Below, in pieces: positions 1 through 12,800 of a stretch of DNA of 64,000 nt. Both the position numbers and the translations under genes were made by a program. The notes under the pieces are model-generated. The model did no database searches, was not told where the DNA came from, and saw only the letters and a list, made by a program, of their open reading frames with translations. Origin of the DNA: Daphnia carinata (taxonomy: Eukaryota); NCBI RefSeq assembly GCF_022539665.2, contig NC_081332.1, forward strand, positions 6,386,001-6,450,000, given 5' to 3'. The first letter of the stretch is position 1, and every line of letters starts with the position of its first letter.

Positions 1-1777
1 GCCTGCGAAAAAGGGCATGTCAAAGTAAAAAATCGGCAATGGGGAAACGTGCAGACTGGATTCTATTTCGAATTCAAACGGTTTGCGAATGTCGACGCAA
101 GAGCGCCCACTTTGTTCCAGTTCTGCGTAGTTCACGACCAACAACGTCAATTCGGATAAAACGCAAGGTATCAAATTAAAAAGGAAAAACAGATTCGTCA
201 TCATTTTGCAGTTGCTATTTCTTGTTAAACACTAAGACAACACCGTCCAAAAATGACTAAACCAACGATTTTTGGCTGACAGTTGCTGTGCCAACAAAGA
301 AAATCTGGTGCTAAAGGATACCAGGAAAAGATCCAATTATTCACTAAAGCCGAAGTATTCAAAAGCGCCATTGAAGACAGAAATGAATTGACATATCTTT
401 CTTTGTTCAATTGTTTTTCAAACAGCTGAGAGTGGCATTTGTCTGTTGAACCGCTTCCAGGGAAAAGAAAATTCACCAAACCGCTAAAAACTTGTGAATT
501 TCTTAGATATTTAACTATAAGGTATATAAAAATCAATAGAATTAAAACGAAATTTCATTTGAATTTTTAGGTTAGAAAAGATGTTAAGATTCTCTGTGTA
601 ATAATTCCGCCTCAACGTTGAAGGTAGGCTCATCAATTCCATCGGCTGTGTAAGGGTACGTCACACGAAAAACCGAAGAAAAATTTCGAAAAAAAAAAAA
701 AAAAATAAAATAAGGCGAAAGAAAAGAAAAAAACAAAAACAAAAACAGGAAGAGTAATAGAACAGACGAAACGGTGGACTTTATCAGAAGGATCGGCCCG
801 TGAACGTTGATAACATCGCTTGCAGCATTGAAACGCTTTGGTGTTTCAATCCTCTGGGGCGGATTAAGATGGACGCAACGTGTCAATGAGCTCATTGAAA
901 GAAGGGCCGCCTTTCTCTCTTGGCCTCTCTCGGTTCTTTTTCCAAGATTTATTTTCCAGTCAGCTAGTTATGTATGCGCTCTTTACTTCCGCTCAATCGC
1001 CTTCTCTCAAAGTTCCATTCTTATCGACTTGTATATAAATGGCCGCCCAACAGAAGACTTCATAACAACAGGATCAACTCGTAACGCCAGGTCTCTTTTA
1101 TTATATTATTCCCTTTTTTTTTTATTTTTCTTACAAGCGAATAACGGCTATATATCGGCACACCAAGTCTCTCTTGATCCGTGTCACAAGAATCTGCCTT
1201 CCCCTTTCTTATTTTTTTATTTATAACCCCCCCCCCTCCCATCTCCCTCACTCTCTTATAGCTTTTAATACATATCGATCGAAACGGGGGGGGGGGGGGA
1301 CCGTTGGTGAAGCGGAGCGCGCGGGCTTCAAATATACAGACGGTAAGAACCGGGACGGGCAGCGGACCAACCGCTGTGTTGTCATCGGGGGTAAGGGAAT
1401 GATTTCCGTTTTGGTGGTGCCCCCGCTCCCACTCGGATAGTGGTCCCCCCCCCCCCCCCTTTCTCCTCGCGTTTTCTAAAAACACGCAACAATAGCCCAC
1501 GCGTTCTTTCTTTTTTTTTTTTTCATTCCTCTTCCGGAAGGCGGAAGAACCGCAACCTTATACATAGGAAAAAAAAATAAAAATAAAAATAAAAGCGGAC
1601 GCAGAGCCACAGGGTCAATTCCCTTTTAGTTTTTCTTTTCCTTCTCGATGAAGTCGCTCAATGTCGCTCCGTCGGACAGGGGATAAACAACAAAGAAAAA
1701 TGGTGTTGCATTATGGGAGAAAAATAAAAATTGCATCGACAATGGTGTGACGCTATGAATCATGTGGGAAAAAAAGA

Positions 1778-1806
1778 CACACACACACACACACACACAT
1801 ACACAC
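1778..1806. repeat. (AC)n microsatellite
   Basis: Direct AC dinucleotide run with one interruption. Confidence 0.9.
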
Positions 1807-2844
1807 GCAAAATTGGTTTGATTATTATTTTTTTTTTTTGATTATTTCTCAGGGAGGTTAGTGTGCGTTCATTATGCACGCAGACATGGCCGATCGATGA
1901 GTCGCACGGTATGACGGTAGGGCGTCGATAAGCTCATTAGGTACGATCTGAAAAAAAAAAAAGAATTAAATGATAATAATATACGTTTTTAAAAGAACAC
2001 GAAAATAAATGCACAAATGATTTGCGTATAGACTCACTCCCCTCCCAATGGCCAATGTTCGTCGCGCCCATCTATCGAAATTATCAAATGAACAGACACA
2101 GACTGTTCTCGTCTGTTTTCTCTCACGCCGAGTCATGCCGGCCCCGTGTTACACCGGTAGGAAGGAACTCGTGCCCCATGACGTTTTATTTCTCCGGATA
2201 GACTTCAATAGAAATCGAATGGACATGTGTGTAAAATCGTCAACTATGCGGGGGCGTTGTTTTTATTCAACGTCACCCTTCATAAAACTAAATTTGTTTA
2301 AACTGCCAAGTTGAAAATTCGAGGCAAGGCGATACAATTTCTGTTTTGCTGAAAGCTAAACAAATAGCTTCGCTCCCCCCCGCCCCCTCAACACATTGTT
2401 CCGTAGGAGAGAAAGGGGGGATAAACCATAAAAAAAAAGCGGAAGAAGAAAGAGAAAACATTGACGACGAGCAAAGACGATCCTAAAGTGTAAAGAATTA
2501 TGCCACGATGATGAGAGGGGAATACGAAAAAAAAAAAGTTTGGCTTTTTATGTTGACACAAGTTCCCCTTTTTTTTTTCTTCTCGTATATCAATGTGCCA
2601 GAGCTGCGCAAATCCCTTGAAACAACATCGATGCGCCTTCGCGTTTATTCCCCCTCATCTTCTTATTTCTCTGTGTTCCAATTGAAATATTAAATAATTG
2701 AAAGCCTTAAAAAAAAAACAACAAGAAGAGGTAACTAAAATCAAATGAGTCGCACTCAACATTTGGAAGAGATTAAGCGGCTGCAATAATATTCAGGGCA
2801 CAGGAATCATTGGAAAAAAGGATTTTTTGTGTATCTTATTATTC

Positions 2845-2872
2845 GTGTGTGTGTGTGTGTGTGTGTGTGTGT
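2845..2872. repeat. (GT)n microsatellite
   Basis: Direct GT run. Confidence 0.9.
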
Positions 2873-5800
2873 CTGAAAAAGCCGAAGGACACAGAGAGTC
2901 TCACTGCGCTGTTATTCGACCGTTCGTGACGTTAGATGACGGACAGACAGACAGGCCAGAAAAAGAAAATTCCGACATGTCTGGGATTGAATCGACAATC
3001 CATTAGCGTAGACCCGGGAGGAGGCCGGCATCGTTGATGGAAATGGCACATCACAAAAGGAAAAAGAAATTCCCCCTTCCCCCCACCTCACGATCCATTT
3101 AAATATTCCAACATGGAAGTGAAAAGAATCAATCGTGATGGGAATCAAAGATAAACATTTTTTAAAAAAGAAAGAACAGAATTCCTAGACAAGCTCCTGT
3201 TTGGTGTTACGCGCAGGTCCCTTTTGGTCTTCACTTGTATACAGGGGCACGGTCCCCCCTCTTTTTTTTAATTTTTTTTTATTTTCTTATGCCCTTGTAG
3301 TGTTACCTCTTGCCCACAAAATGGGCCAAAAGGCCGTCTCGTCAAAGGCCGACTAACACGCGGATGCACTCCCGGAGATACACGGATGGAACCTGCTAAT
3401 GTAACATGGCCAGATGCGACTATACAACCAAAAATGAAAGCTTTAAAACATTCAATAAAAAATGGGAGAGGTATATAGAAGACCTCGCCCGAGACTACCA
3501 ACCGTACGCACAAAATGGCCGACATCTTGTATACATAATCGATGGCTGGAGAATAACATCGAGAACGCCGTCCGTGTTATGAATCGCTAATCGTTTTCGT
3601 TCTATTCACATTATGCGCCGAGTGGAAGCCGAACATTTAAGGAACGTGAAAGAGGCTCATCGCATCATTATTTACAGCCAAAAAAAAAAAAGTAATGTGT
3701 AACACGGGTGGGACAGATTTTGTTACTGCAACTGTTCGTACACGTCATCGATAATTGACGATTGGATAGAGTCGATCGGTTTGACGATTCATCCGTGATC
3801 GTTATTGACGCGTCAAATGTGTTACACTTTACGAGCGCCGTTCTCATGTAACGATCCCTCCCCCCACCTCTCCTCTTTTCTTCTTCTATCAGAGACAGCA
3901 CGGGACACGCTGCAAAAAGGTCACGTGGCATCGACGAGCCCCTCCGCCAAAAAGTCCTCATTAGAGATCAACAAGCAAGTCTTGACGGAAATGAGCGTAT
4001 CAGACTTCCCTTTTTTCACCTCTCGTAGACATACGTGTAATTCCTTTTTTTTTTTTTCACGATTATAAAGGACAACCCAGGCAGCTGTTTTTTTTTCCCT
4101 TATCCTATTGATCGATCCGGTTACATTGATCACTGGATCTATCTTTAATGGGCCAATGGAAGCTGAGGATATCAATAGAATTGATTGGGCGCAATGCATC
4201 AATTCCATCTGTATAGAATCTATTGTGCAATGATGGATCGAATGACGTCCGACCAGATCAGACAAAAACGGCCAAATTTCTACTAGCAAAAGGTTTGAAA
4301 AAAAAAAATAATAAAAGAAGAAAAGAGAACATGAAGTGCGACGGGCACTACCGCCATTTTAATTGGGTCATACATCACCATAGATACACGTTCAATCAGG
4401 AAAAGGATGAATATATGCAATTGAGGCAAACGACGTGTCGCCTCGTTTCTTTCGAATTCTATGAAAACGAAACGGGGACAGGCAACCCCATTCCGAGTAA
4501 TAAAAATAAACATTCGAAAGAGAGAACCAAAGAGAGAAAAATATGGGTCCATCAGAAGATGGATGTGTGTTATTTTACCATCATCGTTGGCAACGAACGG
4601 CGTCCTCCTCTATTTATCTAACAAAAAAAAAAAAAAAAAAAAATAAGAAGTCGGGCAAATAAATGTCGCTCGTTCTTCCCTCTTATACGTGCGTGTGTGT
4701 GTTTTGCGTGTGAGAACAACTGCGAGTTGAGCGTGAGTTCTGCCTTACTCTTGAAGCGACTGTTATTTCTCAATTGCCGTACATTTACTCAAGCGACCAC
4801 AAGAGCGACCCGAGATAATAAAATATGGTCCATTTCTCTCTCTCTCTCTCTCTCTCTCACTATTTTTCTTTGCTTCTCTAACCATCTTTCAGTCTAGCTC
4901 TTCTTTATTCTAGAGCAAAAAAGAATTCTGCCATTGACATCACAGCGTGTTGATTTTGTTTGCCAGAGCAAGAGGCAGAGCCACTGCGCTTGTATATATA
5001 TATATACAGAGGACGTGTTATTATTGTTGGGTCCTTGTGTTATGATTGAGAGAAGGAGACGGAAGTGCTCGAGGGATATTGGAAGGAGGAAAAAAAAAAA
5101 AGGACGACGACAAAAACTGGAGACAAGAAGAAAGAAAAAGAAAAAAAAAAAACTTGCAGTGCGATGTCATTATAAAGGTCTATACGCAAGACGGTGAGGA
5201 TGGATCAACATCCGGAGGCGGAAGCTTATAAATAACAACAGCCGGAGTAAGGAGCCAAAGCTGCTAGCAGAATTGCATCCCCCATTGGCTTATATTTTAT
5301 TTGTATTTTTTTTTTTTTTTTCTTTTCTCGCTGCTAACTCCGTCCACGGCTTCCATCTACTCTCTTTTCAAGTGGTAATACACGAAAAACCGCTAACTTC
5401 TTTGTTATCATTCTATCTCGGATGCATTCACAGTTCACACAGACGTGTGTGCAAGGCCAGACGCGAACAGCACACACACACCGCTGGCGTTCCAATAGAG
5501 AAGAAGAAGAAAAAAAAGGATATAAACACTTCAACAGTTCCCCCCTTGGCTTTGCACGTTGCCACGATGAAAGAGAGACTCGGTGGTTGTTGATTCTGAC
5601 TTGATGCGGTTTTTATAAGCCAAGACCTTTCGGCTTAATGAGTCTGAGAGGGAGTATATGAAAACAAGTAAATGGAAAACAACAAAAAAAAAATGTCGTA
5701 GCCAGTTTTTTTTTGTTGCTTCCTTTCTATGTTTTTTTTTTTTGTGTGTGTTTCTCATAGAGTTCTGAGTGTGTGCTGTGCAAGAACTGGTACAAGCGAC

Positions 5801-5904
5801 CGCGAAAGAGAACCTGTTTAATTCCTCCATTATTAACGCCCTATGTATATTCGTTTTTTTTTATTATATATTATTTATGTATTTATTTCTTTTTTGTCTA
5901 TAGG

Positions 5905-5946
<42 letters not shown>

Positions 5947-8900
5947 TCTGCGGTTCGGGTCTTTGCTTTATCCGTAGCATCGACGACCTGTGACCTGCCG
6001 ACTCGTTTCTTTTTTTCTTTCATTTTCCTATCATTCCCCGCATTTTCTTTTTTTTTAACCACACACAAATAAAGGCGGCGTCCATAACCCTAGAGAGCAC
6101 TGAATTCGGAATTTTTAAAATTTCAATTTGATCGAGTCATTTCCTTTTTTATCTTTTTGTTTTAATATCATCACCGTCATCGCTACGCAGTTCAATTGAA
6201 ATAAAAAAAAAAGGGACTCTCTTTTCTCTCTTCAGAACTTAGCATAACCATAGAATTCGAATAATGGAGGCTTTGCGTGAAGTCGATCTAACGCGCATTA
6301 GGCCTCTACACCCTGTGGCTGTTACGTATACACGAGCGTTTTCCCTATAGCGAACGGTGTTGGTTTGATGGGCCCGAGAATCGTACGTGCATTTCAACCG
6401 ATCGAAATGCGTGGAGGCGTTCGTTACGTTCACACGCCAGTTGGAAAGGGTATATAGGCAAAAGGGACCGTACAGGAGGAAGAGAAGACTGATAGACGTC
6501 GAAGCAATTATTTGTCGACGCGCCGTTCTATATACATCACTTTCTCTCCTCTGCATTTTTTTTTCTTTCTATGCCAGCCGTATGTGTGTGTGTGGCTGTC
6601 TCTCCCTACGCTTTCCTCTTTACAGTGTCTTTGTTAAAAAGCAAACGCGTTTGACGCGGCATAGCGTGTCCAGCGGCTATTAGCTAATGATGTCGTGCAC
6701 TCGCTCCTTCACATGTGTGCGTTGCCTCGCATATACCAAAGAGCGATAGACACTGTCTCTCTGTGTGTGTGTGTGTGTATATATACTGTACACACTAACA
6801 ATAACGACAACGAAAAAAAAAAATGGTGAAAATAAAATGACCGGGGTGACTAACTGACTGTGTGTGTGTGTGTGTGAGTGTCTATATGTTTGTTGTGTGT
6901 GAGTGCAACGCCATTAATGAAGCGCCGTTGGATGAATATTGAATGAGATGACAAAACAGACGATTAATCTACACACACGGTGAAACACGGGAGCGAGTAA
7001 AAGGGAGCAGACGTACACGGTCGCCATGTCCAAAATGCGAGGAGAATAACAGTAGCCCTTTTTCTTTCCTTTTTTCCAATCCTGTCTTACGTATAGACCA
7101 GCATTACGGAAATGCTGCTGGTAATGGAGTCCTAACCTTCATCTCATTCATATTCATAATATATCGGATGAAAGTATCGGTCATGAATCTTATGCTTGCG
7201 TCGCTACTGTTTCTCCATCATGCAACCATGTCTATCATGCTGTTCCAAAACAAATACATTTCTTTCTTTAAAAAAAACAAAAAAAACGTCAATTTCAATT
7301 GAATGCCCTGCCATAGATGCGTAATTTTATTTTAAATCTTATTTATTTATTTTTTGTCTGACGTAGAAAATGTTGTGACTCGACTCAGGTAAAAAAAAAA
7401 AAAAAAAATGGACCTGGGCTGTCAATTTTATTTTTGAAAGACTTTCGATTTACGTCCGCCCCTATTTATTATATCTAAACCACATTCCATGCCTAATCGA
7501 TTGGCAGGTTATCTACACACACTCAATATAATGCACGTACATTTCTTTAAAAAAAAAAATCGGCTACATCCCTAAATAGAGAGACCTGAAGTGGGTGAAA
7601 AAAAGAGAGAGAGAGAGAGAGACCATTAGCGGGGCTCTTCTGAATACGGCCGAAGAGGTTCTCCTCTACTATAACACACACAAGCACACACTGTCAAAAA
7701 AAAAAAAAAGATGAAAGCGGAGGAGAAAAAGAGAAAGAAAAAAAAAATGTGATTGATCCTATAGTGGGAGAGCTGTCTCTCTTACGGTTTAGATCGGAAG
7801 GGAAGCTGAATTCTTGAGGAAAAGTTGAGGTCCATTCCATTACACATCAAGGCCTTGATTACACCTCGGAGGGGAGAGAAGCTTGTCAATCTATTTCAAT
7901 CATCTTATGAAAACGAGCCATGAAAGTAGAAGAAGAAGCTCAAAGTCTATCAATACAATGCACATGCCTAACCTGTTCTATAGATAACGTTGCATCAAAG
8001 TCATCCGTTAGAAATTCTTTGTAAAAAAAAAAATAAAAAATAATAATAATAATAACAAATAAAAATAAAAAAATAAGAAAAAATGTTTCAAAAATAAATA
8101 AAATCATGTCTTCAGAAGTTTGATAGCACTCTAGTCCTGGCCACATGTTGTGCCTGAACTGTCACTCTTCTCCTCTCGCTCTAACCATTGTGAGCATTTC
8201 CTTGATTATTTTATTGTCAAATATGATTCAAACCGAATAGCGTCCTTCAAGAACGAAATCAAACGTGACTCGCCGAAGGATGGATAACGTAAAGAATATA
8301 TACGTCAATAATCTTCCCATAAGTCGGAAAATAATTTATTTATATATATATATTTTTTTTTTTACATTCCTGTTCGCTATGCAACCAATCCGATTTAGCC
8401 GCAATATTTTCACGTGTCTGAATGCGCCAACTGCGTTTTACAACGAAGTGAATTTTCCACGAAGCGTAAAATGAGCCACAACCCTCCCCTTCCGCAAGCG
8501 TTTTCTTGTCTAAATACGGTCGCTATTTACGTAATGGATCGCTGTTCTGGCGAAACATAAAGCATAAAGAACAAATAAATTGGTATACTTGGAAAAGAGT
8601 AGACGAAAAACAATTGCGTCCATAAAAATGCACACTATAGGTTCATCGTATAAGCACACGTTTGATAGATCCACAGTAAATCAGCGAAATTGTTGGTACG
8701 TACTTTAGCAATAAACGTTGAAGAAAAATATACTTTATTTCTATGTGAAATGAAACAAATTTTGATACATCGCTAATAAACAATCAATTTTTTTTCAAAT
8801 AGATCTGATAAAACCACTGCGTTAATCATCGTTATATTAGAAAAGGAATGCAAACTAACGTTTCAATTCTAACGAAATATTCCAAAATTATTATTACTAT

Positions 8901-9851
8901 GTTTTTTTTTTGCGCGCGTTGGTTTGAAAAAGAAAATCCCACAACAAAAAAGTTCATATTTTGCCAGTATGTAATGGGTAATCATAGTTTTTTTTTTTTT
9001 AGCGGCACGTTTGCGTGTGTTGAATTTTGAAGCACTTGCTGTGCTCCACCGATAAGAACACACGACTACTCGTGTGTGATCAACAAATTCGAAGAATTCC
9101 AACCCGACAATTTGAGTGCTCTCTTATGAGTTAGCCGAACCACATCGTCCTTAATCGAAAAACAATGTCTCCAGACTTGATCGGGCAGGAATTCAATCAT
9201 CACTCTGATCTAAGCCCCATGTGCGTGGGAATATTTCACGCGTCACAGATGCGGAACATTGTTTTACGCCAAGTGATGGGCAAGGTCGAAACACCTGCCA
9301 AAGTTGGTCAAGTCCCAAATGAAAAAAAAAATAAATAAATAAAAATGGTTGGTTAAACCTGTTCAAATAATGAGTTTGTTCGTTCGCTCTCAGGCACGTT
9401 TACTCACGCACCCTCTATTGCCTGCCTCCATCTGACAGGTTATGTTAAAAAAAAAAAGAAGTTTTAATAGAACTGCCGGCGTTCATAAAATAAGTAGTTC
9501 CAGTAATTTGACGAAACGCTCCTCAAACATTTTTCTTTTTTTGTTTTACGCTTCAACGTAGTATATCGTTTAAATTCAATTCCAACCTTTACTTTTTCTT
9601 TTTTTTTTATTCATTCCGAGGAAGGGCGTTTTTTGTTTTTTTTCGGAATGTATGCGATTTTTTCAACGTCAATATAACTGGCATTATCTCTTGACATAGA
9701 CGAAACGGCCGATGCTTTATTACTAACCATGACGGGCAATTTGCGATCGTTACGCATTTAGTCCGACATCGTTACATTTACACGAAATTTAACAAATGGT
9801 TGTGATCAACAGCCTTCATATTGTAGAATAGAAAACGTCCCCCCTCCCTCT

Positions 9852-9883
<32 letters not shown>

Positions 9884-12800
9884 GATAACGCTGTTGACAG
9901 AGAAGAGTGCACACTAATTATTTCCTGTGCCAAAAATATCCTGCCATGGTGCAACACGCATTTCACGTCGGGGAGCACGCGCGAGCTATTTCACCCGAAC
10001 GTCTGGACACACCTAATTGTTGCCATTACTTAAAAAGCTTACAGTTTCTAAATAGAAAAAAAATAAAGCGTAGCAATTATTTAAGAAATGAAAAAGACAG
10101 ATACGCGTTTAATTCTTTCCCATTTATTTATTTCTTGTTGGCCGTTCGGAAACAACGACATTGCAATCTATACAAAAGAGTTACAACACAACATCAAAGT
10201 GCACCGCGTCTATACGTGAAACAGGCCATTTATTTCGGCTTTTCCAACCCTCTCTCTCTCTCTTCTCATTTTGAAATCGTTGACGCTCTATTTATGTATT
10301 CAGCTGTGTAGACACACACTGACGTTGCACGGCAAATGAGAGAATCTATAAGATAAAGCTAATGCACGTGGAAAAGAAATCACGAAATTAAGAAGAAAAC
10401 TCGTTTTCTTTTTGTTGTTGTTGTTGAAATTGTACGCTTGGGGAACCATTCTAAATAGTTTTTTTCAAAAAAAATGATAGGTGAAATATAAATCAAAGGG
10501 AAAATGCACCCAAAACTGGTTTTAATAGTGGCAACTCTTATAGCCACATATAAGTCGGATGGCTGTCACTTTTCTCTCGTTCTCTCTATACGTGAAATAA
10601 TAACGAAGCCACGAATAAGAAAAAAAAAGGGGGCAACCGGCAAAACAGACAAGTATAATTGTATATCAAGTCATCATATTTTTAAAAAGTCCAAAAAAAA
10701 AAAAAAAGAAGAAACTTGGGGAACGTGTTAAGATTTCATTAGATCGAAATGCTTTAGGGAAATCAAGGGCCCCGTTTTTTTTTTTTTTTTTTTTCCTTTT
10801 ACCGGGGGTTCGACACCTCGGGAATGGATCGTTCTATCTATTTGAAACAGGAAAAAAAAAAAAAAGATACGCTGGAAAAGATATGGGCAATAAAAATAGA
10901 GGTTGAAATGCTAGACCGTTGGTAATGAGATGCGTGCAGAGTGATGACCAAAAAAATAAAATATATCAAAATGCATGTGTGTGTGTACTGTCTCGCGTTC
11001 TGCCATTGCCACATCAGTTGTGAAAGAATTGCATCACTGTTGATGACTATGTCCTTTCTTTTTTTTTTTTTTTTTTTTTTTTGTCTTTGTAAATTTGTAG
11101 TTCACTTTTATATAGTTTGATTTAGTTCCTCGATACCTCCCAGCATATAATTACAGCCACAAAGAATTTCCTTTTTAAATTTTTTTTTTTTTTATTTGTT
11201 AAAGAGAGGGACACGACTTACACCAAGCGAGGCGACAGTATCACTTGGCGTGTTGAATCCAGCGTCATGCCCACCCGTCGCACGATCGTAACAATCACCA
11301 TAAAAATAGCTAAAAATGAGAAAGAGATACTCTTTTCTATTTTATTTTATTTTTTTTCTTCTAGCTTCATGCGCTGCTCTCGACATGCGGTTCGACACAA
11401 ATATGATGATGGCGCTCCCACCTATGGAGAGCGCCGATCGATAAAACATCAGCTGATTTGACGCGCCATCGTCGTTACTGACTCCATGACTTTACGGTTT
11501 CTTCTCCTTTCTTTTTTCTTTTTTCCTTTTTTACTTAATAAATAAAAAAAAAATATAATAGAAAATAAAAACGAATAATATTAGTCATTTTATTATCATT
11601 TTTTTTTTTCCTGGGAAACGACTGGCATTTCGAAAAAAAAAGAGGAATCGGGTGCGAGAGCGTTCTGCGGGAAAAGTTTGAATCCTTCTTTTTTTTTTTT
11701 TGTTCTTAAAACGGCGTTGTTCAGCAGCCAATAGCTGAGGGCGTCATGATTTACGCTAGAATATCATGATGCATAAATATATATATTTATTGTACATTTA
11801 CAGTCTATATATGATGTTGCGGGCATGTATTTCTCTCTGATTTCCTTCTTCTTTTCCCCTCTCCGCTCTTTCTACCTTTTTTTTCTATCGTTTTTCCCAT
11901 AGAGCGTTTTTAATTGATTACATAGCCGGCCGTGACCCTTTTGCGCTGCACGAAGCGGCGGGGCGGCGACGGCCAGGCCGTCTTCTCGACATTCATTCCA
12001 TTTCTTCCCATTTCCAAGAAAAAACAAAAAAAAAATTGATAAAAAATAAAAAGCTTTTCGATGGATTTTTTCCTACATTGAAACTACATAGTTTTGATCG
12101 TTGTCAAGGCATCGATATGTGGCAATCGGACTGTTGCGTTTGCATTGCGTAAATACAACAGGATGACTTGGGATTAGAACCATTCGCCAACCACACGGTA
12201 TCAAATTTTGAGGGAGCCGACCACAGCTGAAATACGAAAATAGATGCCACAATCCGCACTTGGACGGACGTTGCCAAGGGATCGGTATTTTGATTTTTTT
12301 TTTTTCTATATCGCTGAGCTGCATGCCAACATGGAAAATTTCGATTTCAACAAGCGACCGCATCGCGTAGTTGCAGCAACTTCGTCATCGGAGAATTTGT
12401 TAAGTCAACGGAATGCAACGGAGGGCGGGGGGGGGGGGGGACAGTCAAACCTTTTAAAGCCGGATCAATCAAAACGAAAATGAAAGATGTGCAAGTCAAA
12501 CAATCATGCTTGTACGATTATACATGTTGAGCTTTGAATGGAGGGCTGACACGCGACTCAGTGCGGCTTACCATCAGAGCGTTTCAGAATCAATTTATTG
12601 AAGAAATGAGACGGATCGAAGCCAAAGCGCGCAAGAGAGTGGAACTAAACCAAACCGGACGGTAAGTACGTAACGCGATTATGCCTTACTGTCATGCAAA
12701 GAATGACACAAAAAATATAAAGCTACACATTTTAAAAAACAAAACCCAATCCGCAAGTTTTGTGTCTTTTTAAATTCGTATTTAACTCGTGTCTGACTCG

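Noticed and set aside
6661..6680. Resemblance to miR-210 (GCGTGT.CAGCGGCTAT)
   Set aside because: The seed region does not match and there is no complementary arm for a pre-miRNA.
9375..9394. First 12 nt resemble miR-375 (TTTGTTCGTTCG)
   Set aside because: No pairing upstream arm, and the 3' half diverges.
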